Part shown: piece after piece, positions 49,802 through 59,483 of the stretch
How the letters are laid out: the number at the start of each line of letters is the position of its first letter
How positions within the stretch are numbered: the first letter of the stretch is position 1
Source: an uncultured Chloroflexia bacterium
Lineage (GTDB): Bacteria > Chloroflexota > Dehalococcoidia > DSTF01 > JALHUB01
Assembly: GCA_963726245.1 (NCBI GenBank)
Contig: CAVSBT010000025.1
Coordinates: 71,076 to 135,075 of the forward strand
Length of the DNA stretch: 64,000 nucleotides
Direction of reading: 5' to 3'
The notes under the pieces: generated by a model
Told to the model about the DNA's origin: nothing
Database searches by the model: none
Seen by the model: the letters and a program-made list of their open reading frames with translations, nothing else
Program-made: the position numbers and the translations under genes

Positions 49802-50722
49802 GTGATGGACCAGAATTTGTTGGCATTGCTGGCGGCCGGGTTCATGATGCTGGCAGTGTTCCTGCTCGTAACGGCCTTCTTCTGGCGCGGCGAGAACCTG
49901 GTACAGTCGCGGATAGACTCGCTGACCTCGGGGGCCAACCGGCAGGAAATGCCCGACCTTGCGCGCCCGCTTAGCGAGCGCGTCCTGGGACCGGCGGTCG
50001 ACGCCGTGGCGGACCGTATCCTCGCCATCCTGCCTCAGAGCATCCTGGACGGGTTGAAGAAGAAGCTGATCCTGGCCGGGGAACCCTTGAACCTGGGCGG
50101 CTTTCTTACGGTCATGGCCGCCGTCGGAGGGCTCTTCCTGGCCCTAGCGTTCGCCGTGATGGTGTCGGGCGGCGGCGGCTTCCAGACCACCCATCTACTG
50201 ATGCTGGCGGCCATGGGCGGCTTGGGGTTGGCGCTGCCTTACTTCTGGCTGATCAACCGCGTCCGCCGTCGCCAGACCGTCATCATGAAGAGCCTGCCGG
50301 ACTCTTTTGACCTGATAACCACCTGCGTGGAAGCAGGACTCGGTCTCGATGCCGCCCTCGCGCGGGTAGCGGAGAAGGTGCAGGGTCCCTTCGCCGAGGA
50401 GCTCTCGCGCACTCTGCGCGAGGTGGGCATGGGCCGCATGCGCCGCGAAGCCCTGCGCGACCTGGGCGAGCGCATCGGGGTGCCAGACCTCATCACCTTC
50501 GTCAACGCGGTAACTCAGGCCGAGCAGATGGGCACCGGCATAAGCCAGGTGCTCCGAATACAGTCTGACCAGTTGCGCATGCGACGTCGTCAGCGGGCGG
50601 AGGAGCTGGCCAACCAGGCGCCGGTGAAGATGGTCTTCCCGCTGGTGCTCTGCATCTTCCCTACACTCTTTATGGTTATCCTGGGGCCTGCCGTGATTAG
50701 CATCTTTCAGACCTTCTCGTAA
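49802..50722 (+). CDS. tadC: TadC membrane platform protein
   Basis: LPDSFDLITTCVEAGLGLDAAL, QAEQMGT and RAEELANQAPVKMVFPLVLCIFP. Confidence 0.93.
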   Translation: MMDQNLLALLAAGFMMLAVFLLVTAFFWRGENLVQSRIDSLTSGANRQEMPDLARPLSERVLGPAVDAVADRILAILPQSILDGLKKKLILAGEPLNLGGFLTVMAAVGGLFLALAFAVMVSGGGGFQTTHLLMLAAMGGLGLALPYFWLINRVRRRQTVIMKSLPDSFDLITTCVEAGLGLDAALARVAEKVQGPFAEELSRTLREVGMGRMRREALRDLGERIGVPDLITFVNAVTQAEQMGTGISQVLRIQSDQLRMRRRQRAEELANQAPVKMVFPLVLCIFPTLFMVILGPAVISIFQTFS

Positions 50723-51084
50723 TGAGCCGGAAGATGTTGGAGGTCCGAAACCTTACGCGCGAAAGCGAGGTCGCCGCTCGCGTGCGGCCAGCCGACCGGG
50801 TCTGGTCCCGCTTGGTTGGGCTCCTGGGACGCCGCAGGCTTGCCAGGGATGAAGGGCTCCTTCTGACGCCGTGCACCTCCATCCACACCTTGTTCATGTT
50901 CTTCCCAATAGACGTCCTCTACCTCAACCGAGAGCATGTGGTCGTCAAGGCGGTGAGTGCACTCCGGCCCTTCCGCCTCTCGGGCTGCCTGAGAAGCGGC
51001 CACTCCACCCTCGAGCTGCCTGCGGGGACCATCGAGGCCAGCGGCACCCAGGTGGGAGACCGCCTGGCCGTCACCCCCGCCTAA
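50722..51084 (+). CDS. DUF192 domain protein
   Basis: RLVGLLGR, IHTLFMFFPIDVLYL and LELPAG. Confidence 0.85.
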   Translation: MSRKMLEVRNLTRESEVAARVRPADRVWSRLVGLLGRRRLARDEGLLLTPCTSIHTLFMFFPIDVLYLNREHVVVKAVSALRPFRLSGCLRSGHSTLELPAGTIEASGTQVGDRLAVTPA

Positions 51085-51177
51085 TCGTCGGCCGACCGGC
51101 CCGGTCGGTCAGCGTTCCCTTCCTTTCCGGGGTTCTCCCTCGCTGACGCAGCGGCGGCCGCCTGATACGATGGCCTC

Positions 51178-51792
51178 ATGGCCGAGGCAGCCCTCTGGAT
51201 ATGCGCTGCGCTGGCGCTCTCCTTCGTCATCAACCTGGTGCCGGCCCTCATGCCGTCCACCTGGATGGTGCTGGCCTTCTTCTACATCAAGTTCGACCTG
51301 CCGCTCCTGCTCCTAACCGTCCCTGGAGCTATCGTCTCCGGGTTGGGGCGCCTCCTGCTGGCCAAGGCGAGCACTCTCTTCAAGCGCCGCTTGCTCAAGG
51401 GCCAGGAGCCGCATCTTGCGGAGCTGGGCCGCTTCCTGGACAAACGCCGCCGCTACGTGGGGCCGGCGGTGTTCCTCTATGCGCTCTCCCCGTTTCCGAC
51501 AAACAACCTGTTCATAGCCGCCGGCATGGCCGAAGTGAGTATGGCGCGGGTGCTGGTAGCCTTCTGTTGCGCGCGCATTCTGGCTAACACCTTCTGGGTC
51601 TGGACGACGCATCGCGTCGTCGAATCCTTGGGCGGTCTGTTCCAGGCGACCTTCGGAAGCTGGGTGGCCCTGGTTCTCCAGGCCATGAGCCTTTTGAGCG
51701 TGGTTCTGCTCTACAAGCTGCCCTGGGCACACTGGCTCAACCGCTTCACCGGCGGCACGTCCGATGAGCACCCGAAGGCTGCACCTCGGTGA
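51178..51792 (+). CDS. Hypothetical membrane protein (DedA/VTT-like), probably leaderless
   Basis: Multi-TM, ALSPFP...IAAG; TGaTACGAT -10 ends 6 nt before the ATG. Confidence 0.65.
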   Translation: MAEAALWICAALALSFVINLVPALMPSTWMVLAFFYIKFDLPLLLLTVPGAIVSGLGRLLLAKASTLFKRRLLKGQEPHLAELGRFLDKRRRYVGPAVFLYALSPFPTNNLFIAAGMAEVSMARVLVAFCCARILANTFWVWTTHRVVESLGGLFQATFGSWVALVLQAMSLLSVVLLYKLPWAHWLNRFTGGTSDEHPKAAPR

Positions 51793-52932
51793 GCCTGCGG
51801 CCTGTGCCCGTGACGACGAAGAGAAACCCCGCCATGCCGACTGCCCTGAACCGCCGCCACAAGCTGCGCCTCGCCGCGCTGGCCGCCGCCCTCGTCCTCT
51901 CGGCCGCCTGTGGCGCGCAGCGAAGCCAGGAATCGACGCTTGCTGTCACAACCGTGCCGCCCCTGGCGACATCGCCAGCATCGCCCGCATCCGCGCCGGA
52001 CGGCGCCATCAGCCTCGTGGCAGTTGGCGACCTCATGCTGGCCCGGGACATCGCCACCCTCATGGACGACTACGGCGCCACCTATCCTTTCGAGCACGTG
52101 GCGCCCATACTGGCTGACGCCGACGTCACCATCGCCAATCTGGAGGGGACGTTCACGGAGCGCGGGACGGCCGCCGACAAGAAGTACACCTTTCGTACGC
52201 CGCCCCGCGATGCGGCCGGGCTGGCGCTGGCCGGGATCGACGTGGTGTCAATGGCCAACAACCACGCGCTCGATTTCGGGCCGGAGGGGCTCCACGACAC
52301 CATCGCGGCCCTGGACTCGGCGGGTATCGCCCACTCCGGGGCCGGTGAGAATGACGCGGCGGCAAGGCAACCGGCCATCCTGGAAGCGCGGGGGCTGCGC
52401 GTCGCCTTCCTCTCCTTTGCGGCGACCTCCGATGCCGTCGCGGCGACGCCGGACGCCGACGGCGTGGCCTGGGGAAGCGTCGACACGATAAGCGAGGACG
52501 TGAGGCGGGCGAGGGCGCAGGCCGATGTGGTGGTGGTCTCGCTGCACGCTGGCAACGAGTATGCGGATGAGCCATCGGACACGCAGCGGCTCCTGGCGCA
52601 GGCCGCCGTCGACGCGGGCGCCACGCTGGTCCTCGGCCACCATCCTCACGTGCTTCAGCGCTGGGAATTCAGCGGCCCCTCGTTCATAGCCTACAGCCTC
52701 GGCAACTTCGTCTTCGACCTGGACGAGGACGACCTGGCGCAGCTCGGCCCGGCGCCGTTCGAGACGGTCGCGCTCAAGATAACCCTGTCCGCGAGCGGCG
52801 TGGAGAAGGTAGAGCCCATTCCCGTCTACATAGACCCCCTAGAGGACCGGCCCAGGCCGGCAGCGCCCCGCGGAGGCCGCGGCCATCCTTGATCGTATCC
52901 GGCAGCTCGGCGGGGAGCTGGAGGCGCCGTAG
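51789..52932 (+). CDS. CapA-family (PGA_cap) metallophosphoesterase lipoprotein; frameshift near 52868
   Basis: Lipobox LSAAC; AVGDLM, ANLEG, MANNHALDFG, SLHAG.EY, GHHPHVLQ and YSLGNFVFD. Confidence 0.88.
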
Positions 52933-53167
52933 GGGGAGGCTACCCGCGGCCGCTCGGCGCCTTTAGGGTCACCGCGCTTGTCATAATGGCGTATCGTGGG
53001 GAAGGGCCATGCCGGGACAGAAAGCAGTGGACACGCTAGGTCTTGACACGAGGAGCGGGGGAAGGCATACGATGCGGGCGTTGTGCCAATCAGCACAGTG
53101 ACCTGGTACTCCCACACGCGTGTCGGCGGGGTAGGGAAACCGGTCGCGGTGATTTGGGAGGTGCCAA

Positions 53168-53839
53168 GTGAAACGTACAAGGATCGTAAGGTACGGGCCC
53201 TGGATACTGGCCCCCCTCATCGGTGCGGCGGCCATGCTGGCGTTTCTCTTTCTCCACGACCGCGGCGGTGAGAGCTTCACGCCGCCCGCCGCCGTAGGCG
53301 AGCAGGGCCTGCCGGGCACGCCTGTGGCGCCCGACAAGCTTCAGGAGGCCCGTGACTTCAAGGACTGGCCCCTCTGGTGGCTGGGGGAGAGTTTCGACTC
53401 CCTTAATCTGACATACGTCAGCGAACGGACCCCCCGGCGGGGCTTCGCCGACATGAACATGGTCGCCTTCGTATACGGCGACTGCACACTGCAGCCCAGC
53501 GGCGAGGGCTGCGGTCCCCCTCTACAGATACAGATAAGCCCGCTGTGCTGGAACCCACCGGAAAGATTTGGAATACCGCTGGATCATCTCGTCGACTTCC
53601 GGGGGGCGAAAGCGTTTTGGGGGGAGAGCGGCACTGTTCGCATCTGGACGGGTGACTCCGCTATCCTCATTGGAGCCTCCAGGGAGAGGCTCCAGAAGGC
53701 GGCCGAGGAGATCGTCCCTCTGGGCAACGTCGGGGTGGCCCTCACCGACTCTAAGCTGCCGCCGCCCAACTTTGAGAGCTGCCCGAAGACGCCAGTCTAC
53801 CCGTTCCCGACCCTCGTTCCACCAACGCGAAGTCCTTAG
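53168..53839 (+). CDS. Hypothetical membrane-anchored/secreted protein
   Basis: RBS GGAGG; N-terminal hydrophobic helix; four Cys. Confidence 0.6.
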   Translation: MKRTRIVRYGPWILAPLIGAAAMLAFLFLHDRGGESFTPPAAVGEQGLPGTPVAPDKLQEARDFKDWPLWWLGESFDSLNLTYVSERTPRRGFADMNMVAFVYGDCTLQPSGEGCGPPLQIQISPLCWNPPERFGIPLDHLVDFRGAKAFWGESGTVRIWTGDSAILIGASRERLQKAAEEIVPLGNVGVALTDSKLPPPNFESCPKTPVYPFPTLVPPTRSP

Positions 53840-53877
53840 CAGCCGAAGGGGTTCGCCAATCGGCTCGGCCGAGCGGG

Positions 53878-55305
53878 CTACTCTTCGGCCACGGCCTCCG
53901 GCGGCTCGGTGTGGACGACGATGCGGCCGAGGTTGGGGATCACCTCGCGCAGACGCTTCTCGAGGCGCTCGCTCATACGGTGCGCGTCCACCACCGGGGT
54001 CTCGTACGGCACCAGCAGGTGCAGCGACACGTGCCACTCGTCGTCGACCAGCCACACCTCGATGCGGTGGATGTCCAGCGTCTGGGCCCTCGCGACGTCT
54101 TCCACCTGACGGGTGATGGCTTCGACCTCGCCGGACTCAGGCGCGGCGGGCCGTGTCTCCTCCATCGGCTCGATATGGCTGTTGACGCTGGCCAGCTCCG
54201 GCGCCTCGGACATCACCGCCGCCTCGAACTCCGTAGCCAATCGATGCGCCTCGCCGAGGCTGAGCGCCGCCGGCACCTCTACGTGCAGCTCCAGGCTTAG
54301 GGAGCCGCCGCTGTTGCGCAGACGCAGGCCGTGGGCGCGCAGCCCGCGCACGGAGGCCGCCGCCAAGACGGTATCGGCGAGGGTTTCGCCGACCTCCACC
54401 ATCGGGTCCACGTGCACCACCACGTCGCAGCGGGGAACCGCGCCGCGCACGGCGTCGACGACGGCCTCGGCTATCGCGTGCGCTTCCTGGAAGTGGGCGC
54501 GGCGGCTCACGGCGATGGTCAGGTCTACGAAGGAGGCCGCCCCGCTGCGCCTCACCCGCGTCTGCCGCACTTCACGCACGCCGGGCACGTGTTCCGCCGT
54601 CCTGTTGATCTTGTCGGCGAGGCCTTGCGGCGCCACGTCGAGGAGAGCGGAGATGGCGGCTCGACCAAGGCGCAGGCTGATGACGATCACTATGCCCGCG
54701 ACGCCGAGAGCCGCGATGGCGTCGGCCCTCTCCAGCATCGGCACATCCAGGATCACAGCCAGGCGCACGAACACGAGGCCGGTGAGCACGACGATCGAGC
54801 TCAGGATGTCGGTGCTGAAGTGCAGGGCGTCGGCCTCCAGCGCCTGGCTGTCGTAGCGCTTCGCGGCCCGCATCAGCGCCCGCGAGCGCCCGAAATCGAC
54901 GACGATCGATACAATCACTACCCCGAAGGCCCACAGGTTAGCATCGACCTCGGTGACTGCGCCAGTGAGTCGCCCTATCGCCGCGTAGACTATCCAGACG
55001 CAGGTGGCGAGCAGGAGCACGGTCTCCGAGAGCGCGCCGAGGTTCTCGGCTTTCCCGTAGCCGAAGGGGTGCACCGTGTCGGCCGGCCGCCCGGCGACGC
55101 GAACGACGAAGAGGGTGATAATGGCCGCGAGCAGGTCGAGGCTGGAGTGTGCGGCTTCGGAGAGGATACCAAGGCTGCCTGTCGTGATGCCGACGACGAT
55201 CTTGAGAGTGGTGAGGAGCATCGCCGCCAGCACAGAGGATAGGGCGACGACCTGCTTCTCGTGGCGGCCCTCTTCGAACACGGCGTCCGTCACACCAGGC
55301 GGCAT
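53878..55305 (-). CDS. Cation diffusion facilitator transporter with three C-terminal ZT-dimer-like domains
   Basis: SEAAHSSLD, HPFGYGKAE and ALEADALHFSTD; repeated EAH...H.E/DP cytoplasmic domains. Confidence 0.88.
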   Translation of the reverse strand: MPPGVTDAVFEEGRHEKQVVALSSVLAAMLLTTLKIVVGITTGSLGILSEAAHSSLDLLAAIITLFVVRVAGRPADTVHPFGYGKAENLGALSETVLLLATCVWIVYAAIGRLTGAVTEVDANLWAFGVVIVSIVVDFGRSRALMRAAKRYDSQALEADALHFSTDILSSIVVLTGLVFVRLAVILDVPMLERADAIAALGVAGIVIVISLRLGRAAISALLDVAPQGLADKINRTAEHVPGVREVRQTRVRRSGAASFVDLTIAVSRRAHFQEAHAIAEAVVDAVRGAVPRCDVVVHVDPMVEVGETLADTVLAAASVRGLRAHGLRLRNSGGSLSLELHVEVPAALSLGEAHRLATEFEAAVMSEAPELASVNSHIEPMEETRPAAPESGEVEAITRQVEDVARAQTLDIHRIEVWLVDDEWHVSLHLLVPYETPVVDAHRMSERLEKRLREVIPNLGRIVVHTEPPEAVAEE

Positions 55306-55380
55306 CTTCCTCTCAACTCGAATGTCACGCCCATACCATCCGCGAGCCGCGTGCCCGGCAGTGGACGACGCCGGCTTCGC

Positions 55381-56250
55381 TCAAGCCGTGATGTCCCGCC
55401 GTCGGTAGGCGAGAAACGCGAGCGCGACGAAGACAACCGAGTAGGCGGCCAGGATGAGCATCGCCTCGAGCGTCCCGTTCAAGTGGTTCCTGGCAAGATC
55501 CTGGGAGCTCGGGCCGAACCGAATCACATCAGGGACCTTGTTCTGGAGGATGACCACGTCGGTGTTGGAGTTGATCAGGTAGTTTGGGATCTCTTTCCAG
55601 GGATTGCCGGCCAGCCGCATCAGCCCGTTGATCAGCGGCTCGATGAAGGCGATGCCTATGCCCGCGCCGACGCCGGCCAGCGTCGAGCGGCCGATGGCTG
55701 CTACAGCGAAGGCCAATGTGACATAAGGTGTCATGACGAACAGCGTCCGCCCAAACGATTCTGCCTGGTCGCGGATGAAGCCGGGAGTAACAAAACCGAA
55801 ATCGGCGCCGCCGGTGGTGAAGGTTATGATGGAGCTGTAGATGAGGCCGACGGCAACCGCCAGGAGGGTGCCGGCAGCGACGAGTCCGCAGACCACCAGC
55901 AGCTTGGCAGCCATCAGCCGGACCCGCCCGCTGGCCGCCGTCGCCATCAGGCGGACCGTCCCCCAACTATACTCGCTGCCCACGGCCCCGGCTGCCAGGA
56001 TCATGGCGAAGATCGTTCCGAACGATGCCACCACCTGGAGTGAGAACGGCACCGACGTCTGGAGGAAGAGCGCCCTTCGCAGGTCTTCGCCGCTGAACTG
56101 GGAGTTCTCGCCGAAAGTTGCGACGTGCCCGCTGACGCTCCAGAGGATAGAGTAGAGCAGGATCACCAGCCCGACAACCAGGATGGCCAGAACCCAGGTC
56201 ATCATCCGCTTGCGCAGCTTGAAGAACTCGGCGGCCATCAGGTTGGTCAC
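55381..56250 (-). CDS. ABC transporter permease
   Basis: AEFFKLRKR, GSEYSWGTVR and RRRDI; overlaps the ATPase stop. Confidence 0.88.
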   Translation of the reverse strand: MTNLMAAEFFKLRKRMMTWVLAILVVGLVILLYSILWSVSGHVATFGENSQFSGEDLRRALFLQTSVPFSLQVVASFGTIFAMILAAGAVGSEYSWGTVRLMATAASGRVRLMAAKLLVVCGLVAAGTLLAVAVGLIYSSIITFTTGGADFGFVTPGFIRDQAESFGRTLFVMTPYVTLAFAVAAIGRSTLAGVGAGIGIAFIEPLINGLMRLAGNPWKEIPNYLINSNTDVVILQNKVPDVIRFGPSSQDLARNHLNGTLEAMLILAAYSVVFVALAFLAYRRRDITA

Positions 56251-57167
56251 GGCGCAGCCTCCTCGCCGGTCAGCTCCAGGAACACCTTCTCCAGCTCCGT
56301 CTCCCACGGCGCCAGCTCCGACACGTACACCCCCTGCGAGGCGAGCGCCTGGTTCAGCTCCGCGGCTTTCGTGATGGGCACGTCAACCCGGAGATAGCCG
56401 TCGCGCTGCTCCGATCCTTCCACCCAGGGGACGTTGCCCAGGGCGCGCAGCAGGGCGGCCTGATCATCGGCGCGCAGCCGGAGGTAGCGGCCGCGGCCCA
56501 GCAGTTCACCGACCGACCCCTGCGCCACCAGCGAGCCTTTCTTGAGGATGGCGACGCGGTCGCTCACCGCCTCCACCTCGTGCAGAAGGTGGCTGCAGAG
56601 GAAGACGGCGCGGCCCTCCTGCGCCAGCCGCGGGATGAGCTCGCGCACCTCTCGTGTGCCGGCGGGGTCGAGGCCGTTCGTCGGCTCGTCCAGGATCACG
56701 AGGTCAGGGTCGCGCAGCAGCGTGGAGGCGATGCCCAGCCGCTGCTTCATCCCGAGTGAGTAGGTCTTGTACGGGTCGCGGCCCCGTTCCAGAAGACCCA
56801 CCGTCTCGAGAACGGCGTCGATGCGCGCAGCGGGGATGTCGCCGAGCGCGATGGCCAGCGCTCGCAGGTTATCGCGGCCCGACAGGTAGGGGTAGAATGC
56901 CGGCGTTTCGATGACGGCGCCAATGCGCTTGAGGGTCGGCCAGGGGTGGGTCGCCATGTCAGCGCCAAAGACGAGGGCGCGGCCCCGCGTCGGCCGCACC
57001 AGGCCAAGGAGCATGCCCACAGTCGTGCTCTTCCCCGAGCCGTTGGGGCCGAGAAAGCTGAAGACCTCGCCATCGAACACCTGGAGGCTCATGTCGGCGA
57101 CGGCGATGATTCGCCCGTACCGCTTCCAGAGACCCTCCGTGCGCAGTACCTCGCGCCCTTCAGACAT
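56247..57167 (-). CDS. ABC transporter ATP-binding protein (BcrA-like)
   Basis: GPNGSGKST, YSLGMKQRL, LDEPTNGLDP and SHLLHEV. Confidence 0.93.
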   Translation of the reverse strand: MSEGREVLRTEGLWKRYGRIIAVADMSLQVFDGEVFSFLGPNGSGKSTTVGMLLGLVRPTRGRALVFGADMATHPWPTLKRIGAVIETPAFYPYLSGRDNLRALAIALGDIPAARIDAVLETVGLLERGRDPYKTYSLGMKQRLGIASTLLRDPDLVILDEPTNGLDPAGTREVRELIPRLAQEGRAVFLCSHLLHEVEAVSDRVAILKKGSLVAQGSVGELLGRGRYLRLRADDQAALLRALGNVPWVEGSEQRDGYLRVDVPITKAAELNQALASQGVYVSELAPWETELEKVFLELTGEEAAP

Positions 57168-57316
57168 TCGTCCTGTACTCGCTCTCACCTACCGCTGCAA
57201 GTCCGTCTGTCTACCTGTGCCCGGCCAATCCCTTGTTGGAGCGAGCAGGCCGGGAACCCTGTACAGCTATTCTCGCACGAACAGGCCAACTTTATCATCC
57301 TCTCACATTCCATGTG

Positions 57317-57414
57317 ACTGGTTCGGCATTGGCGGCAGAATACTCGACCCCCGCCTGAAGGCGGGGGCATAGATTCGCCTTCTGATGCCCCAGCGTTCAC
57401 GCTGGGGTCGTGTC
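57317..57414. mobile_element. 98-bp double-palindrome element, copy 2
   Basis: Hairpins CCCCCGCC-TGAA-GGCGGGGG and CCCCAGCG-TTCA-CGCTGGGG; matches 8402-8499. Confidence 0.65.
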
Positions 57415-57473
57415 GGCCGCCAACTCACAGCCTGGCTTGCGCATTGGACGGCCGTCTGGCACAATACCAGACG

Positions 57474-57986
57474 ATGCGGCGCTTTCTTATCTTCGTTGCC
57501 CTGATCGCCAGCCTGGCAGTCGTCGTCGCCTGTAGTAGCGACAACGAGAAGACGTCCACCCCCAGCGCGACTGCCCCGTCCAGCGCCAGCGTCACCCCGA
57601 AGGCCACGGCGCAGACCGGTGGCGGCCCGCCGCCCGTATCGGCGCAGCCCACCGTCACCGCCAGCGGACTGAAGATCATCGAGATCAAGGCGGGGACCGG
57701 TGCTGCCGCGCAGAAGGGGCAGACCGTCAGCATGAACTACACGGGCTGGCTCGCCGACGGTACCAAGTTTGACAGCTCTCTGGACCGGGGCCAGCCAATC
57801 TCTTTCGTCCTGGGCGCAGGGCAGTTGATCCCTGGCTTCGACGAAGGGGCGACCGGGATGCAGGTCGGTGAACAGCGGCGCCTCATTATTCCGCCCGCTC
57901 TGGCCTACGGCGCTCAGGGCCGCTCTCCTGTGATCCCTCCCAACGCCGAGCTGACCTTTGACATCGAGCTCATGAGCGTGCAGTAG
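57474..57986 (+). CDS. FKBP-type peptidyl-prolyl isomerase lipoprotein, probably leaderless
   Basis: Lipobox VVAC; YTGWLADGTKFDSS, LIPGFDEG and IPPALAYG; promoter TTGCGC-N17-CACAAT ends 8 nt before the ATG. Confidence 0.92.
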   Translation: MRRFLIFVALIASLAVVVACSSDNEKTSTPSATAPSSASVTPKATAQTGGGPPPVSAQPTVTASGLKIIEIKAGTGAAAQKGQTVSMNYTGWLADGTKFDSSLDRGQPISFVLGAGQLIPGFDEGATGMQVGEQRRLIIPPALAYGAQGRSPVIPPNAELTFDIELMSVQ

Positions 57987-58014
57987 CCCAGAACGATCTA
58001 CACCTCGACACCGG

Positions 58015-58042
58015 AAAAGGGGCTCGAACTCGAGCCCCTTTT
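58015..58042. terminator. Bidirectional intrinsic terminator
   Basis: AAAAGGGGCTCGA-AC-TCGAGCCCCTTTT between convergent genes. Confidence 0.8.
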
Positions 58043-58164
58043 GCTGTGCCGGCTGGTGGTGGCGGAGTTCGACGGGAAGCCCCCGCCAGGCCTTGGCCCA
58101 AGCAGGCGCTCGGCCGCGGCACGAGAGGGCTTGCAGATGAGGAATCAGGAACCAGGAGCCGCGC

Positions 58165-59436
58165 CTATGCCTTTGCCCGGCGGCTCCAAAGGGTGCCACC
58201 GCCCAGCGCGAGGACGACGAACAGCGAGATCACGCGATGCGCCAGCAAGGTCACCCGGGCGGCGTCCATCATCATGTCGGCGGGCCGCCACGCCAGCGAT
58301 AGCGTATACGGCGCCAGCAGGAACGGCCTCAGCAGCGTTGGGAACTCCCAGGCCGCGAACCCGGCGAGGAAGATGCCCGCGGCCGCAGCGCCCCAGAGCA
58401 TGGCGGCAGGAACGAAACGCAGCCACTGCAGCCGCCGCGGCAGCAGCAGCGAGGGGATGCCATCCGGCGAGAAAGCGGCCACAACCGCCAGCGCCGTGGC
58501 CAGCAGACCGGTCTGATAGACGAGGAAGCTGTCTTCCCAGGAGGTGGGACCGAACTTCTTCTTGAAGTGGTTCAGCGAGCGGAAGCCGTAGATGAAGTTG
58601 GCCCGGCTGTAGCAGACGCCGACGAGCGCGCGCACCAGCCGGAACCGGCCATACGGCTGTCGCCCTGCGCCCTGCAAGGGTGATACGCCGAGACTGAACA
58701 GGGAGTAGCCGTCGCGGCGGGCCGCTTCCCGCGCTGCGTCGATCAGCAACTCGCTGGTACCGTAGGGGGCGTCCCGCCGGCGCACCAGTTCCTCTACCAG
58801 CAGCAACCTCCGGGCCGGCGCCGGCGAGCACGTAATGACGCCTACGATGCGCTCCCCCTGGCTGGCGATAAAGGTCCGCTTCTGATCACGCAGAGCCAGC
58901 GGCCGCGAGCGCAGCAGGAAGGCCATCGGCGGGCCCTTCCGTGTCTGCAGCCACTCAGCCGCCACCTCCTCGATCTCGGCGTCCACGGCCGGCGACGGCT
59001 GTCGGTACTCTTCGACCACGATACCGCTCCGCCGCGCCAGGTTGATCGCGGAACGCGCCTTCTTGGCAGCCCGGCCACGCAGCGAGGGTCGCGACAGGTC
59101 GAACAGCGCTTCCTCGCCGATCTTCACCGGCTTCAGGCCCAGTTCCGCCGCCACGTCGCCAACCCGGGCAGTCGCCCCCACGAAGGTGAAGCGCCATCCG
59201 TGTGTGCCGCAGTACTCGGCGAAGCGAGTCAGCAGCGCCCGCAGGTCCTCCTGGGCGCAGACGGGGTCGCCGCAGGCGACGGCCACCCGCCGATGTAGCT
59301 CGTAGGCGATGAACCCTTCGATGCCCGGGCACTCGAAGTAACGCCATCCGTCGTACAGCGTGAGGAGAGCGAGGCCGTTGTAGGCGTGCTGCCGGACCAG
59401 GCGGAGGCGAAGGTCAGCGGCTGATTCGGTCACCAT
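58165..59436 (-). CDS. DUF2156 / MprF-synthase-like aminoacyltransferase domain with C-terminal TM helices
   Basis: ACGDPV, KIGEEA.FDL, R.AIN.ARR.G, APYGTSELLI, SLGVSPL and YGFRSLNHFKKKF.P..WE. Confidence 0.82.
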   Translation of the reverse strand: MVTESAADLRLRLVRQHAYNGLALLTLYDGWRYFECPGIEGFIAYELHRRVAVACGDPVCAQEDLRALLTRFAEYCGTHGWRFTFVGATARVGDVAAELGLKPVKIGEEALFDLSRPSLRGRAAKKARSAINLARRSGIVVEEYRQPSPAVDAEIEEVAAEWLQTRKGPPMAFLLRSRPLALRDQKRTFIASQGERIVGVITCSPAPARRLLLVEELVRRRDAPYGTSELLIDAAREAARRDGYSLFSLGVSPLQGAGRQPYGRFRLVRALVGVCYSRANFIYGFRSLNHFKKKFGPTSWEDSFLVYQTGLLATALAVVAAFSPDGIPSLLLPRRLQWLRFVPAAMLWGAAAAGIFLAGFAAWEFPTLLRPFLLAPYTLSLAWRPADMMMDAARVTLLAHRVISLFVVLALGGGTLWSRRAKA

Positions 59437-59483
59437 TGCTGACTGTCATGGTACCACATCTCGCATCGATTCCTCGCTTCGAT

